Positions 37,972-50,854 are shown, counted from the first letter of the stretch. The stretch: 64,000 nucleotides of DNA from Octopus vulgaris (GCA_951406725.2 OX597815.1:21390001-21454000); one strand, 5' to 3'. Notes: generated by a model not told the origin, from the letters alone. Program-made: numbers and translations.

Positions 37972-38390
37972 GGATCTTTTTGGTTTGAACGGCAGTTTTT
38001 AACATAATTTCTAGGTAACTAAAAAGTTTTAAACTTTGTATACTGGTAGAATGTGTTTATAAAACATCTTTTTCTCTTGGCTTTATTGAGAAAATTCTAT
38101 AGTTTGTAAGATATTTGTTGTTGTTTTTCTTCAATTTCTGCAATTTCAACCAATCGATGACATCCATTGAGGTAAAAAACATTCTGTGCCGTATGAATAT
38201 GTCCCTTGTTTGAGAAACGGATTGGGTTTATTTACATTTGTGAAGAAAAAAGATACCCTTCCCCCACCCCTAACCAACCCTAACACTAAAATAGATTGAA
38301 ATGCAATAGATCGATACTAGGGTCATAATTATGGGTGACAATTTCATATGACACTGCTAGAAAAAACTGCCGTTCAAACCGAAAAGATCG
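37972..38390. mobile_element. same MITE family
   Basis: TIRs and 8-bp TSD AAAAAGTG. Confidence 0.9.
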
Positions 38391-38431
38391 AAAAAGTGGA
38401 CATAAAAAATTATGAATGATAATGAACTAAC

Positions 38432-38590
38432 CTGGAATTACATGGCAAATGTCAGGGTCTTCAGGTGTACCAAGGGAGATAACACGACCTCCGCTATCCC
38501 TCATTGGTGTCAAACATCGCTGAATGAAGTGTGTTTGAACAAGACTTACAAATTTATCTTTCACTAAAGTTGATGAAATTTTTGGATGGC
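38432..38590 (-). CDS. POLR3C: POLR3C coding exon 3
   Basis: HPKISSTLVKDKFVSLVQTHFIQRCLTPMRDSGGRVISLGTPEDPDICHVIP, containing the 'THFVQRC'-type motif; AG/GT ends, phase 1-1. Confidence 0.92.
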
Positions 38591-39822
38591 CTAAAATGAC
38601 AAAAATTAAGAAAACATTAACGATAATATTAAATACATTTAATTAATTCATTTTCAGCTTAATGAAGGAGTTCGTTTATATTTTAGTATTTATCTGACAG
38701 TACTAAGCAGTGATTTCTTTGGCATTCTGTCAATCTGACACAGATCAGAAAGTAGTCTGTTGTTGTGGTGTTACATATAACATAAAATATGATGTAACAC
38801 AAAGTAGAAGTTTTTTTAATCCAGCTACAGACAGTCTGTGGTATGATAAAATGCATCCATTCCACAAGATAAAGTGGTTGGTGGTAGGAAAGATATCCAT
38901 ACCAAATAATACCAAACTAAAAAGAAAGAAATGAATATAAACCATTGAGCATGCAATGTGTCTAGGACAATAATTTAGTCAACAACAGATCATCCCTCTA
39001 GGGCTGATAGCATGATAAAATGTGTCCAAGTCATACTGTAAAGTGATTGGTGACAAAAGTGACATCCAACACAAAAACCATTCTAAAAGTGAATTAAAAA
39101 TCAAATGTAGCACACAGAGCTTGATGATTTTTCTCTATTGTTGTGTGTATTGGATGACTAAGGATTGTGACAGGAGGTGAAATACAACAACAACAACAAA
39201 AAGAATTACTACAACAAAATCCTCTCTAAAACAACATCAAAGAGTTGCGTAAATAAAAGAAATTTTTTGACATATTTCATATTTTGACACACTTCATATT
39301 TTGATAACTTTCAGCCTCAGGGCAACATTGATTGAGCAGACTGTGTGAGCACTCCACAAGTACATACAGTCACAGTATATTTAAGACTTTATTATCATTC
39401 AGTTTGTCATTCACCTTTTAAGATGGTCAGATAAGATTTGAAGGAGTTTAAGCTGATATTTTCAGCAGGTTGAGCAACAACTTAAGAGTTTTCTCGCCAC
39501 TCCGACTGGCCTCCGTGCCGGTGGCACGTAAAAAGCACCATCCGATCATGGCCGTTTGCCAGCCTCGTCTGGCACCTGTGCAGGTGGCATGTAAAAAGCA
39601 CCCACTACACTCACGGAGTGGTTGGCATTAGGAAGGGCATCAAGCTGTAGAAACACTACCAGATCAGACTGGGCCTGGCACAGCCTTCTGGCTTCCCAGA
39701 CCCCAGTTGAACCGTCCAACCCATGCTAGCATGGAAAACAGACTTTAAACAATGATGATGATGATGATGATGATGTTTCACTATATATAGGCGTGAAAGA
39801 GTAGAAATTAAATATATATTAC

Positions 39823-40084
39823 CTGAGGCCTCCAATGCTTCATTTAGCCGTTCCGTTACTTTGTTGACAACAGTTTCCATGGTAGCTTCACCTCTCTGCA
39901 GAAGTTCTTCAACCAAGAGTTCAGCCGCATCTCCATAAAGGGTTTTTGAAGTGCAGATATAAATAGGGAAGCGTACTCGAGATAAAATTATTTTAATGCT
40001 AATGTTATACTCAATTAGACCTTTCTTGTTCACGTTGAACTTTACTATGTGATGTGTAATAAGAACAGCCAGAATTCTTTTTAC
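39823..40084 (-). CDS. POLR3C: POLR3C coding exon 2
   Basis: cag|VKRILAVLITHHIV...KTLYGDAAELLVEELLQRGEATMETVVNKVTERLNEALEAS(G)|gt; 262 nt. Confidence 0.95.
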
Positions 40085-40888
40085 CTGTAGATGAGATGTA
40101 AAGAATAACTGAGGATTATATATACACACATACATTGGATGAATGTGTATGTATCTATATATATATGTGAATATTTGTGTGCATGTATGTCAGTGTATGT
40201 GTGCATATATTCATAACCGTTTCGCGACTGTTGCCAGCACCGCCCCGTTTCGTGTCCGTTGCCAGCCTCGCCTGGCCCTTGTGCCGGTGGCACATAAAAA
40301 GCACCATCCGTTCATGGCCGTTTGCCAGCTCTGTCTGGCACCTGTGCGGGTGGCACGTAAAAAGCACCCACTACACTCGCGGAGTGGTTGGCGTTAGGAA
40401 GGGCATCCAGCCGTAGAAACACTGCCAGATCAGACTGGGCCTGATGCAGCCTTCTGGCTTCACAGACCCCAGTTGAACCATCCAACCCATGCTAGCATGG
40501 AAAACGGACACTAAATGATGATGATGATGATGTGACATAAGATGAAAGCCAAAAACACTGAAGAACAAATGTACTTTCAAATCATGTACAGAATGCATGT
40601 ATGTATGTATAAGGTACAGACATGGCTCTGGGGGTTAGAAGGCTCTTCTCAACTCATGGTTTGGGTTCTGTCCTACTGTACAACACACTGAGCAATTTTT
40701 TTTCTTCAATAAAGCTATGCAACTGGATTTGATAAACAGAAACTGAAATCATCAACATCATCGTTTAACGTCCGCTTTCCATGCTAGCATGGGTCAGACG
40801 ATTTGACTGAGGTCTGGTGAACCAGATGGCTGCACCAGGCTTCAATCTGATCTGGCAGAGTTTCTACAGCTGGATGCCCTTCCTAACA

Positions 40889-40949
<61 letters not shown>

Positions 40950-41327
40950 CATATATATATATATTTCTGGTGCCACATAAAAAGTACACTCTGTGGAGTG
41001 GTTGACATCAGGAAGTGCACCCCAGCCATAGAAGTCAAACCAAAACAGACTATGGAACCTGGTGTGGCTCCTGGCCTTACCAGTTACTATCAAGCTGTCC
41101 AACCCATGCCAGCATGAAAAACGAACATAAAATGATGAGGATGATGAGGATGATGTGTGTTTGTTTACATTTATACTGCACTGGAAATTGCTAAAGTACA
41201 AGCAAAAATGTTGTCATTTTCCTATCAACAAATCATCTGCAGGCTTTGTGCCTTCAAAGGTGTATGGAATAAGAGACTGCTTACAAATAAGGGTTAGAGA
41301 CAAGAGTATCAGGCAGTATAGAAGTAT

Positions 41328-41985
41328 GTGCTTGATCTTTATTTCTTCTTTACTTCCCAGAACAGCTGCCGCAACCCAAGCTACATTTATTTCTGGTGGG
41401 ATTCCCTCCACCCTAATCCTGGAAGTCCTTCCTCCGAGTGGGTAGAAGGACCACTTTATCCGACATTACTGTGGTTACAGTGTGTTCTTTTGCTTTTCCT
41501 TCTGTCTTGAAATGGACCACAATTGTTCCATATTTACTTCCTCTGGCAAGATATGTTATGTCTTGCCAGACGGATCTCAAAGCCCTTTCTATCATTTCTG
41601 CTTCTACATTTTCTATCTTCTTTTCTTCCACAGAATACACTTTGTATACTATAGTTTTCCTATCCATCTCTTCCAATACTTTCTGGGGTGGTGACAACTT
41701 AACGTCACCACCTGCCCTACATGCCATCTTCTCATATTTTTTCTATGTTTGTCAGGTCCCCCTCCTTTTTATGTGACTTCTGCCCCTTCTGTAAAGCTTT
41801 TCTTCCTTAAGCACTTGTCCATCCTATCAACTGCTCGTACGAGTTCCTCCTCCGAAGACGACAATTCGGACCTACTGTTGACATTGCCGACCCTCCTCAA
41901 GACGGAGAGAAATCACAACCAGAAAACCGCTGCAAAGCAGCACAAAACAGTCGACAACTCCTCACACAATCAACACCAACATTGA
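41328..41985 (-). mobile_element. 5' UTR and disrupted ORF1 (RRM-like) of an L1/Tx1-type non-LTR retrotransposon
   Basis: MSTVGSELSSSEEELVRAVDRM...; ...ITYLARGSKYGTIVVHFKTEGKAKE.../RIRVEGIPPEINVAWVAAAVL, with a stop and frameshifts. Confidence 0.55.
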
Positions 41986-43303
41986 GTAAAGCGTGAGAAG
42001 GATGAGAGGGGAAAATGTTGTCTTTTCCTTAAATAATGGTTGCAGACAAGATCTTGTTTTTGTCTCGCGTATGGCAATGGTTGCAGGCGAGATCTCGCTG
42101 TTTCAAAACGGAGCCGGCTTCTTTGTGCCCCGCTACAGAGGATCTTACAGGCAGTTATAGAGAGCCCAGTTTGCAGAAATTATCGCAAGAGAAGACATTA
42201 AGAATTATAGGGTGACCTCGGTAACGACTTCTCATCCTTGTGTGATCTGCCCTGTCTTAAATTATATTTGTGATCGACACTACCCATCCGTGTGTGTGAG
42301 ACCACGCACACACGTGCACGGACGTAGCACAGAATTCGCTAAGGACAAAAACCTTCACGTTTAAAACATAAACTATTTAATTACGTCCCTTTACGTTCAG
42401 ACTTTCGGCCTACTTTCTCTTTAAAATAAGTACAGAAGTTGATTTAATTGACTGCATTCTTCATCCAAAGATTTGTGGTCTAGTGACTAATATAGAAATT
42501 ATTATTATTGTTTATCTATCTAGGTAATTGTTCAGTTTACGTTCGTAAAAAAAGTGAAGGGACATAACTAAACACAGCAAAGTATACTATCTGATACTTT
42601 TACTCATTCTTATCACCCCCTCGTCATCTGTATCTGTTATTTACAATTGATTCCTAGCTTCGCTTTGGAGAAAATCATTATTTACTCGACTTATAAAACT
42701 ATCTATTTATATCTCTCATATATAAATCTGTATTTCTGACTGGTTATCTAGCTATCGTTTACTCCTGCTTTCTTCTTTCCTTTCATAAAACAGACTTGCA
42801 GCTAAATGTACGCCTCAATAAAGATATAAAATAAACAAAAAGTGGGGAAAAAACAAAAACAACTGAAACTAAAATAAAGTTATCAATATTATCGACAATA
42901 CGTTTTGATTTTACGAACCTAATCTGAGCAATTACCTCTATCATTTATGTGTCTGTTTTCACTAGTTTAAATTAAAACAAGGGCAATCTTTCGTCTCTAG
43001 TAGACCTTTCCGTCGATTTCCGTAAAAATTTTTTTTTTTTTACATATGGGCTTGCGGGAACTTTTGAAGTAATGACACCGAAAGAGACTAAGAGAAAGCG
43101 ATTGTATGACGATGGAAGTTCTTTTGAAGTTACCGTGCATGGGAATCATTGATGTACATGTGTGTGTGTGTGTGTGCGTGTTTGATGGTGTGTGAGAGAC
43201 AGACAGTATGTTGTGTAATCGACGGAAAGGTGTACTAGAGACGAAAGATCGCCAAAACAAGTGTTTAATACATTTAACAGTAAAAAGGAAAACCAAATAT
43301 TAC

Positions 43304-43450
43304 CTGATCGAGTTTTAAATTTGTATAAAGAGCAAGTAACTTCAACGGACAAGGCCCTGATTCTAAAAGGATTGTAGCAACCTTTTCAGAAGTCTCTGCA
43401 AAATTTTCCCGTATAATTAATTTACAAAGTTTTATTTCGCTTTGAGACAT
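43304..43450 (-). CDS. POLR3C: POLR3C (RNA polymerase III subunit RPC3/RPC62) coding exon 1
   Basis: MSQSEIKLCKLIIRENFAETSEKVATILLESGPCPLKLLALYTNLKLDQ|gtaata; resembles human MTQAEIKLCSLLLQEHFGEIVEKI...SLDQ. Confidence 0.95.
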
Positions 43451-43451
43451 C

Positions 43452-43599
43452 CTACACAATTAGTGTGAAAAACAAAATCACACTACACCGGTGAAAGCAA
43501 AGATATGTACCCATTGTAAAAGTTTTCCAGCTAACTCCGAAAAATTGTTCATGTTTATTTCTTCTAAGGGATTATTGGTTGTAGTTTGACTTTACATAC
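43452..43599 (-). other. POLR3C: probable 5'UTR intron of POLR3C, implying a non-coding first exon beyond 43600
   Basis: ctaat...tgtgtag|G ATG acceptor one base before the start codon; candidate gtatgt donor at 43599. Confidence 0.5.
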
Positions 43600-43887
43600 A
43601 GCGTTAATGTCGCCGCAAAACACATAAATATCACAATATAGCATTTTTTTTTACTAACTCAATATCATCATTCGAATAAAGAAATTATCAAACAACTTTG
43701 TAGCCGTTATTTTATGTGTGAGACGTGGACATTCTCCTCTGTAAAAGTTCGCTCGTGCTGCCAAGCCAAGATATATATATATATATATATCTCACGATTT
43801 AAAAAATCACCCCCACCCCCAGGACGCAACCCACCCATATATATATATATATATAATCAAAATAAGCAACATGGATATCCAGAGGTA

Positions 43888-43976
43888 GTGCAGTACGATC
43901 GTTTCATGCAACTCCATTTAATTGAACAATACAATCATTACATCAGTTTAAAATGCAAAGCAATCTTCAGCTGCAC
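43888..43976 (-). ncRNA. type I hammerhead ribozyme motif (Penelope-type), in an insert between (TA)n tracts
   Basis: minus strand GUGCAG CUGAAGA uugc...gcau GAAA CGAUCG UA CUGCAC: perfect 6-bp stem I, palindromic stem III, GUA site; U.U at the base of stem II. Confidence 0.7.
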
Positions 43977-44092
43977 AAAGACTTAGAATTTAATTAAATT
44001 AGAACAGATGGACACATTAGTATAATTCTACCTAAAATCTCCAAGTTAAGGAGATAGACAAAGAACATGCTCTCTTTCTCTCTCCAGCATAG

Positions 44093-44155
<63 letters not shown>

Positions 44156-44313
44156 TGTGTATATTTAGGGATAAACCACTAGGTGGATAACCAATATGCT
44201 AGAAGATCACATATGATCTAACTACAAAGGAAAGAATGTTCTCCAGAGAAATTCAGCAAACACCAGAACACAAGTGAGCAAGACAGATGAAAATTATATA
44301 AAAATCAAGAATT

Positions 44314-44388
44314 AATCGTATACTGGTTTCGTCTATTACCGATAAATTACATACGTAATTTTTTATCTGCAGACTCGTCAGTATGATT
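44314..44388 (-). ncRNA. type I hammerhead ribozyme motif (Penelope-type)
   Basis: minus strand AAUCAUA CUGACGA GUCU...AGAC GAAA CCAG UA UACGAUU: intact core, 4-bp stem II with an internal hairpin, one mismatch in stem I. Confidence 0.65.
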
Positions 44389-45530
44389 GTTCCAATTCAA
44401 TATAATTTGTAAAACTAAACACTAGTTGTCCTTATAAAACTAGACATGTACTCAGTTTCACCGATTACATTGTAATCCCATTGACAGCATAAAGAATGCA
44501 GAATAGTACTGTGAATTTGGAATCATTAGACTGGTGAATAAAAGACGAGCTCACCAAAAGAAGTCTGCATATTTTAGAGGTAAATGAAGGAACTCTCTAA
44601 AGAACTGTGTTTTTAAACCATAAATGTTTATTCATCTCTTAATTAAAGTTCTTATATTTTTGGTTATACTCAATGGTTTTGTTACTTTCAACTCTTCTGA
44701 CTTTGACTACTGCTTCTTCCACTCTAAGTAAGTTGGTTTGCTGAATTCTCCTATGGTCTCCTGAGCTATGGACACAGACTGTTGGAACCTGTTGGCAGTA
44801 TTAGGAGGTTGCATGGAGCAATATATATGTGTATGTATACGGCAGGCTCCTTTCAGTTTCTGTCAACCAAATTTACTCACAAGGCTTTGGTTGGTCCCGA
44901 GGCTACAGTAGAAGGCACTGCCATGCAGTGGGACTGAGCCCAGGACCATATGGTTTGGAAGCAAGCTTCTTACCACACAGCCATGCCTATATATATAAGA
45001 ATAAATGAAAAGCACCTAACACCACATTAGCTAAATTTATTTGCGACCTCAAAACAAGAAATATTAGTTAATCAGTATTATGGTCAATAATACATACTGT
45101 GCTCCCTTACAAAGGGATTCGGTTTACCATCACTCTGTTCTATGGAAGCACTAGAAATCCTTAAATGTAAGTCTAATCTAAAAAATAATAGATTATTGAT
45201 CCAGTTTACACACACACACACACACACACGTACATACATGCATCTGGACTATTGCCAGCATGTCCAGTAAACACAATATGAAATTGATGAAATACTGTAA
45301 TTGATTCTACAGAAAATGTCAAACAGGAAAATCCCAAACCCAAATCTTATAACAGGTTGCTGGTTGAAGCACTTCATCTTTTATTGGCAAAATTTCATAT
45401 GGCTGTAAGGAGAAAGTATCAAAGGTACACAAGAACTGCACCAATGGTTATCGACTGCAACTACTCTCATCATCCCACAAAATAGTCAAACGACACTTGC
45501 TAAAGCTTACCATCCAATAGCCAGCCAGAA

Positions 45531-46740
45531 CATCATCATCATTTAACGTCTGTTGTCCATGCTGGCATGGGTTGAACAGTTTGGCCAGGGCTTGTAAGCT
45601 GGAAGGCTGCCCCAGACTGATTTGGCATGGTTTTCTATGGCTGGATGCCCTTCCTAATGCCAACTACTCCAAGAGTGTGACGGGTGCTTCTACGTGCCAC
45701 CAGCATAGGTGTCATTTGCGTGACACTGGTAACTGCCATGACTGCGATTTTGCTAGGCTTGATGGGTCTTCTCAAGCATGTCATAATGCCAAAGGTCTCG
45801 GTCATTGTCTCTGTGAGGCCCAAAACTAAAAAGAAAGTCAGCCACTTTGATTCCATGTGATCCAATGCTCAAAAAGAACTCAGCTACTAGCCTCCATGAG
45901 GCTAAATGTTCCAATGGCACTCTTTACATGTCACCAGCAATTGTGCCAGTTACACAATGCCAACATCAGCCATGACTACAATTTCACTTGGCTTGCCAGG
46001 TCTTCTCAAGAGCATATCTCCAAAGGTCTTGGTCACTAGTCATTGTCTCCATGAAGCTCAAAATTTGAAGACCATGCTTCACTACTGAGTCCCATGTCTT
46101 CCTGGGTCTACCTCTACCACAGGTTCTCTCCACAGTTAGAGAGCAGCACTTCTTTATACAGCTGTCCTCATCCATACACATCACATGACCATACCAGGGC
46201 AGTCATCTCTCTTGCACACCACATCCGATGCCTCTTATGCCTAACATTTCTCTCAAGATGCTTACACTCTGTCGAACATGCACACAGGCATTGCACATCC
46301 AGCAAAGCATACTAGCTTCATTTCTTTCAAGCCTATGCATGTCCTTGGCTGTTATAGCTCATGTTTCACTGCCATGTAGCATGGTGGTTCACACACAGGC
46401 ATCATACAGTCTGCCTTTCACTCTGAGAGAGAGGCCCTTTGTGGCTGGTAGAGGTATGAGCTCTCTGAACTTTGCCCAATCTATTCTTATTCTCACTGCT
46501 ACACTCTCAGAGCATCCACCTCCACTACTAACCTGGTCACCTAAATAATGGAAGCTATCTACTACCTCTAGCTTGACCCACTGGCAGTTGAAGGAGTCTA
46601 TTTTCTGCACGTTTTCAGTGTTTATTGTACCTGTGCACCTTCCATATACAAAAGCTAGTTTCCCTGTCAATCTTCCTCTGATATTTCTGCACCTTTTATG
46701 TGTCCAAATAAAAGGTGCATGCATTGAGTGCATCTTATAG
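45531..46740 (-). mobile_element. RTE-clade LINE 3' portion ending in a (GAT)n tail
   Basis: LEVVDSFHYLGDQVSSGGGCSESV.VRIRI.WAKFREL...RVKGRLYDACV, then GRGRPRKTW; the 3' UTR is the window's commonest short repeat. Confidence 0.88.
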
Positions 46741-47810
46741 AGTTTCTGCCTATGCCTTTTCTACAGATCTAGCAGGGCCATTTACCTGAATGGATTTAGG
46801 ATTTTTCTGCCTTCCTACTTACTAAAACTTTGGTTTTTGCTAGATTAGGATGTGAGTTGAAACATATAGTCTCAATGTTAAACTTGAGAAAGAAGAAAAA
46901 ATGCTACTGTAGGAGCGATTCAAATAGAAGCAGAGGTAGCATATGAACTTAGGCAAATAGGTGAGAGTGATTGTGCTAGATGAGTTAGATGTCTATTTGT
47001 AAATGTCCAATCAAGGAAAGGAAATTTTATGAAAGATGGAACTTTTTAACACACACACACATTAGTACAAAATACTTTTATGAACTCTTAAAAGAAAAGT
47101 GATATAAAACTCTGGCATAATTTAAGCTTAGAACATAGATGTACAAAATTAAGAGTTTTGTACATCTCTGTTCTTCACCATGTAGTCAAGAGCTAAATAA
47201 TATTTACCAGCACATCATTTCATAATGACATATAATGCCTAGATAAATACTGTTGTCGGAAAGTTATTATCCTAACATAACTAAGAAAAGTTAGAACGAC
47301 CACAGATATTAAATACAGAACAGAAGAAACTACGTAAGGGAGATAACAGCTGTTGACTTATTTCCTCAGTCGCAGAGTACCAAAAATATCCTGAATTATT
47401 ATTTTTACCATAAGAAATATAAAAAAGAACCAATGCTTTGATTTTGTATATTTACAAGAGACACCTAAAAGAAAAACTTCAAGGCGCTTTAGTAGTTTTA
47501 TTAGCAATATTTGGTTAAGATTTAAGGCTCATTCACGAAAGTTAAGTATGGAAATGCTGTAAACAAGGTCAAGGTTACTAATAAAACCTACTATCGGTAT
47601 TTGATCTCTTGTGTCTCTTGCTATTCTCGCAGCAGGTTGTTAACTCTATGTCAACCTTGACTGAGCAGATCCATGGTCAAAAGCATTAAAACTGTAGTCA
47701 TCCCTCTTTCTTTTAAGTTTGTAGGGAATGTTTTGAGATAAATTTCGTTAATATCTAAAGCTGATTGCAGCACGTAGAGGACCCTTCATTCTCGGGGTTA
47801 TCCAAGTCTG

Positions 47811-48220
47811 GGATCTTTTCGGTTTGAACGGCAGTTTTTTCTAGCGGTGTCATATAAAATTGTCACCCATAATTATGACCCTAGTATCGATCTATTGCAT
47901 TTCAATCTGTTTTAGGGTTAAGGTGGGGGAAGGGTATCTTTTTTTCTTCACAAATGTAAATAAACCCAATGTGTTTCTTAAACGAGGTACATATTCATAC
48001 GGCACAGAATGTTTTCACCTCAATAGACGTCATTGATTGGTTGGAATTACAGAAATTGAAGGAAAAAAAACAACAAATATCTTACAAATTATAGAATTTT
48101 CTTAATAAAGCCAAGAGAAAAAGATGTTATATAAACACATTCTACCAGTATAGGAAGTTTAAAAGTGTTTAGTTATGTGGAAATTATTTTAAAAAACTGC
48201 CGTTCAAACCAAAAAGATCC
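47811..48220. mobile_element. same MITE family
   Basis: TIRs and 8-bp TSD CAAGTCTG. Confidence 0.9.
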
Positions 48221-48792
48221 CAAGTCTGTGAATAATAATTTGTAAAGCTTTTGATAAAAGAATTTTAAATAAATAATTTTTATATTCACAAATTTAGAGT
48301 TTCATGGCCGCGGCAAACTAAGTTTGAAACATTGATCTAAGGATGATACTACTTGATCTTGAAAGTGTCATTAAATTGATATTACAGGCAGAAAAAGAAG
48401 GTAATCTTTTTGTGACTAGAAAACGCACGAAAAGAAACGAGAAACAGGTAATGAGATCTGTATGTAAGCAACGAAATAATGACATTTTAATGAAGAGCAG
48501 AGATGCAGATCCAGAAAGATAAACAAACAGATGTATGGGTAGAGTGATTAAGTGGCAGATAGATAGAGACAGGTAAATGGACAAACAGGTAGATATCATT
48601 TGTTGTCAAAACCAAATGTTAATATTTTAAAAGTTGATTATGAAATAATTCTACTGCATTAATGTATAACGTCTATATTTGTTGTATGATGAATATATTT
48701 GAAGAGTAATATATTATGAGTAAAGCATAAAGAATAATGCAGTATTTGAAAAGTATTGAATAAAGAATAATGATGCCTATGTTTGAGTTGTA

Positions 48793-48990
48793 CTCTCTCT
48801 CTCTCTATATCCGCTCAGAAGAAGTCGACTCTCGGTCACTTGTTGGATCAGTGTCCTCCAGTCAGTTCTATCCTGGGCCGCTTCTTTCAGATTGGCTATG
48901 TCCATTCCGGTATCACTCTTGATGGTGTCAAGCCAGCGGGTTCTTGGTCGGCCTCTTCCTCTCTTGCCACTGACCATTCTGAGCATGATG
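48793..48990 (-). mobile_element. RTE/BovB-like LINE 3' end with a (GA)n tail
   Basis: GKRGRGRPRTRWLDTIKSDTGMDIANLKEAAQDRTDWRTLIQQVTESR. Confidence 0.8.
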
Positions 48991-49282
48991 TCCTATATTT
49001 GAAGTATAGTGTTGTGTGATTTCTATATTTTCTGGGTAATTATATAATTTCTATATTTGACATGTAATCTTATAAAGATTTCATTATATGATGTCTTTGT
49101 ATGAAATGTTTTGTCTATATTAGTGATATGTTTGGAATATAGTTCTGCTGGATGTGAGTGTTTGAAGGTTAGTTCTCTATGTGATGCATGTGTTTAAAGT
49201 ATAGCGTTATAAACTTATGCATTATAGTCCAGTACTGTAATAAAAGCAAAGGTGTACACTATTTTTAACAGTTCAAACTATA

Positions 49283-49496
49283 TGAGGGGGTGCTGAAAAG
49301 TTCCTGGCTTTAAGGGTATTGCAAAAGGCCAGGTTGGAGGCCCAACTTTCCGAATTCTTTTGCAGGGATCAAAGAAACTGAAGGACCACTGCAAGAAGTG
49401 TGTGAATCTGAGAGTGGGATATATTGGATAAAATCATAAACTGATCCTCCTGTATTTTCTTTTATCCAAAGCCAGGAATTTTTCAGCACCACCTCG
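49283..49496. mobile_element. Tc1/mariner-type MITE
   Basis: TA TSD; same TIR and body as 17715, reversed. Confidence 0.8.
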
Positions 49497-50589
49497 TATT
49501 AACATCTAAAGAGAAACCCCTAACTTTATGAAAACCAAGCCATACTTTTATACATAAAATACTCATGCCCTCTTTGTAACTTCTTTATTTATACCTCAAC
49601 CCTCAATGAAAGCAAACAAAATTTATTTTGGCAAATGTTTCCTACTAAATATTTTCTACCATCTGTCATTTTGACATTTGAGACATTTTGATAAAGTGAC
49701 ATATGAGGATTTGTGGAAAAGTGATCTGTGTGTGTGTGGGTGGATAGTGCTGTTTCGAAAGCTTGTTTTTTTAGACAGGCTTGATATTGTTAATGATAAA
49801 AATATGTGAAAGTAAAGGAAGATCAGAACTAGATAAAGAAATATAATATGTTTCATAGGAGATGGAGGAAACAATAAGTGTATTGCCTAATATAAAATAA
49901 GTCTTGAAATAAATATATAAAAATAGAGAATAGCATAAACTTTAGGAGGAGCAACAAGCTCTGATTCTATATTGATATTTAGAATATTATTATGCATCAT
50001 TATCGTCATCATCATTTAATGTCCGCTTTCCATGCTAGCATGGGTTGGACAATTTGACTGAGGACTGGCGAACCAGATGGCTGCAGCAGGCTCCAATCTG
50101 ATCTGGCAGAGTTTCTATAGCTGGATGCCCTTCCTAACGCCAACAACTCCGAGAGTGCAATTTGATAATATATAAATTTAGTAAATGACAAAAAGGAAAA
50201 AGAAATATTATTGCTGAAATTAAATGACTGATGACAATTCAATTTAATCTCACCTATGGAATAATTATTAATCTCTGCTTGTTAGTTATAAGGTTTAAAA
50301 TGAGGAAACAGAAATATCTCAGTGTGTAAGGAGAAATCATTTGATGTGTATATTAGAAGCAGGGTACCATTTTACAGCAACAGATTGGGAGTGATGTCAA
50401 GAAGGTTACAGATGTGAGAAACTGTAGCGTTAACTTCAGTAAAACTTAATGAATAATGAGTACATGACAATTGATTATGTGAGTGTGAAAGCATTGGTTA
50501 ATGTCTGCAAAAGAGACAATCAATTACAGATTAGATGGTACAGAAGAAACACGTTTTACTTGTCCAATACAATGAACACCAATACAATG

Positions 50590-50854
50590 AACACTGAACA
50601 CCTTTTTGATCTCCATGTGTCTAACACACGTGGACATGCCTACAAAGTCAGAAAACAGCACAGCTCCCATGACTTTCGGAAACATTTTTTCATGCTCAGG
50701 GTTGCTGAAGCGTGGAATAAACTGCCTGCATCAGTTGTTGACTGCCATGACACTGCATCCCTTAAGGCCCTCATGCTTTCCGAAATCCGTCGAAACTACA
50801 CCTGATTATATATACACTTTAGATGAGTTGTAGTGCACCTGAGCACTGTACACA

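Noticed and set aside
42000-42300. 7SK-like ncRNA suggested by repeated GATC motifs
   Set aside because: No recognisable 7SK 5' or 3' stems, and no PSE/TATA or terminator arrangement
47395-47562. Protein-like open stretch ETPKRKTSRRFSSFISNIWLRF...
   Set aside because: No start codon, weak acceptor, and no partner exons found
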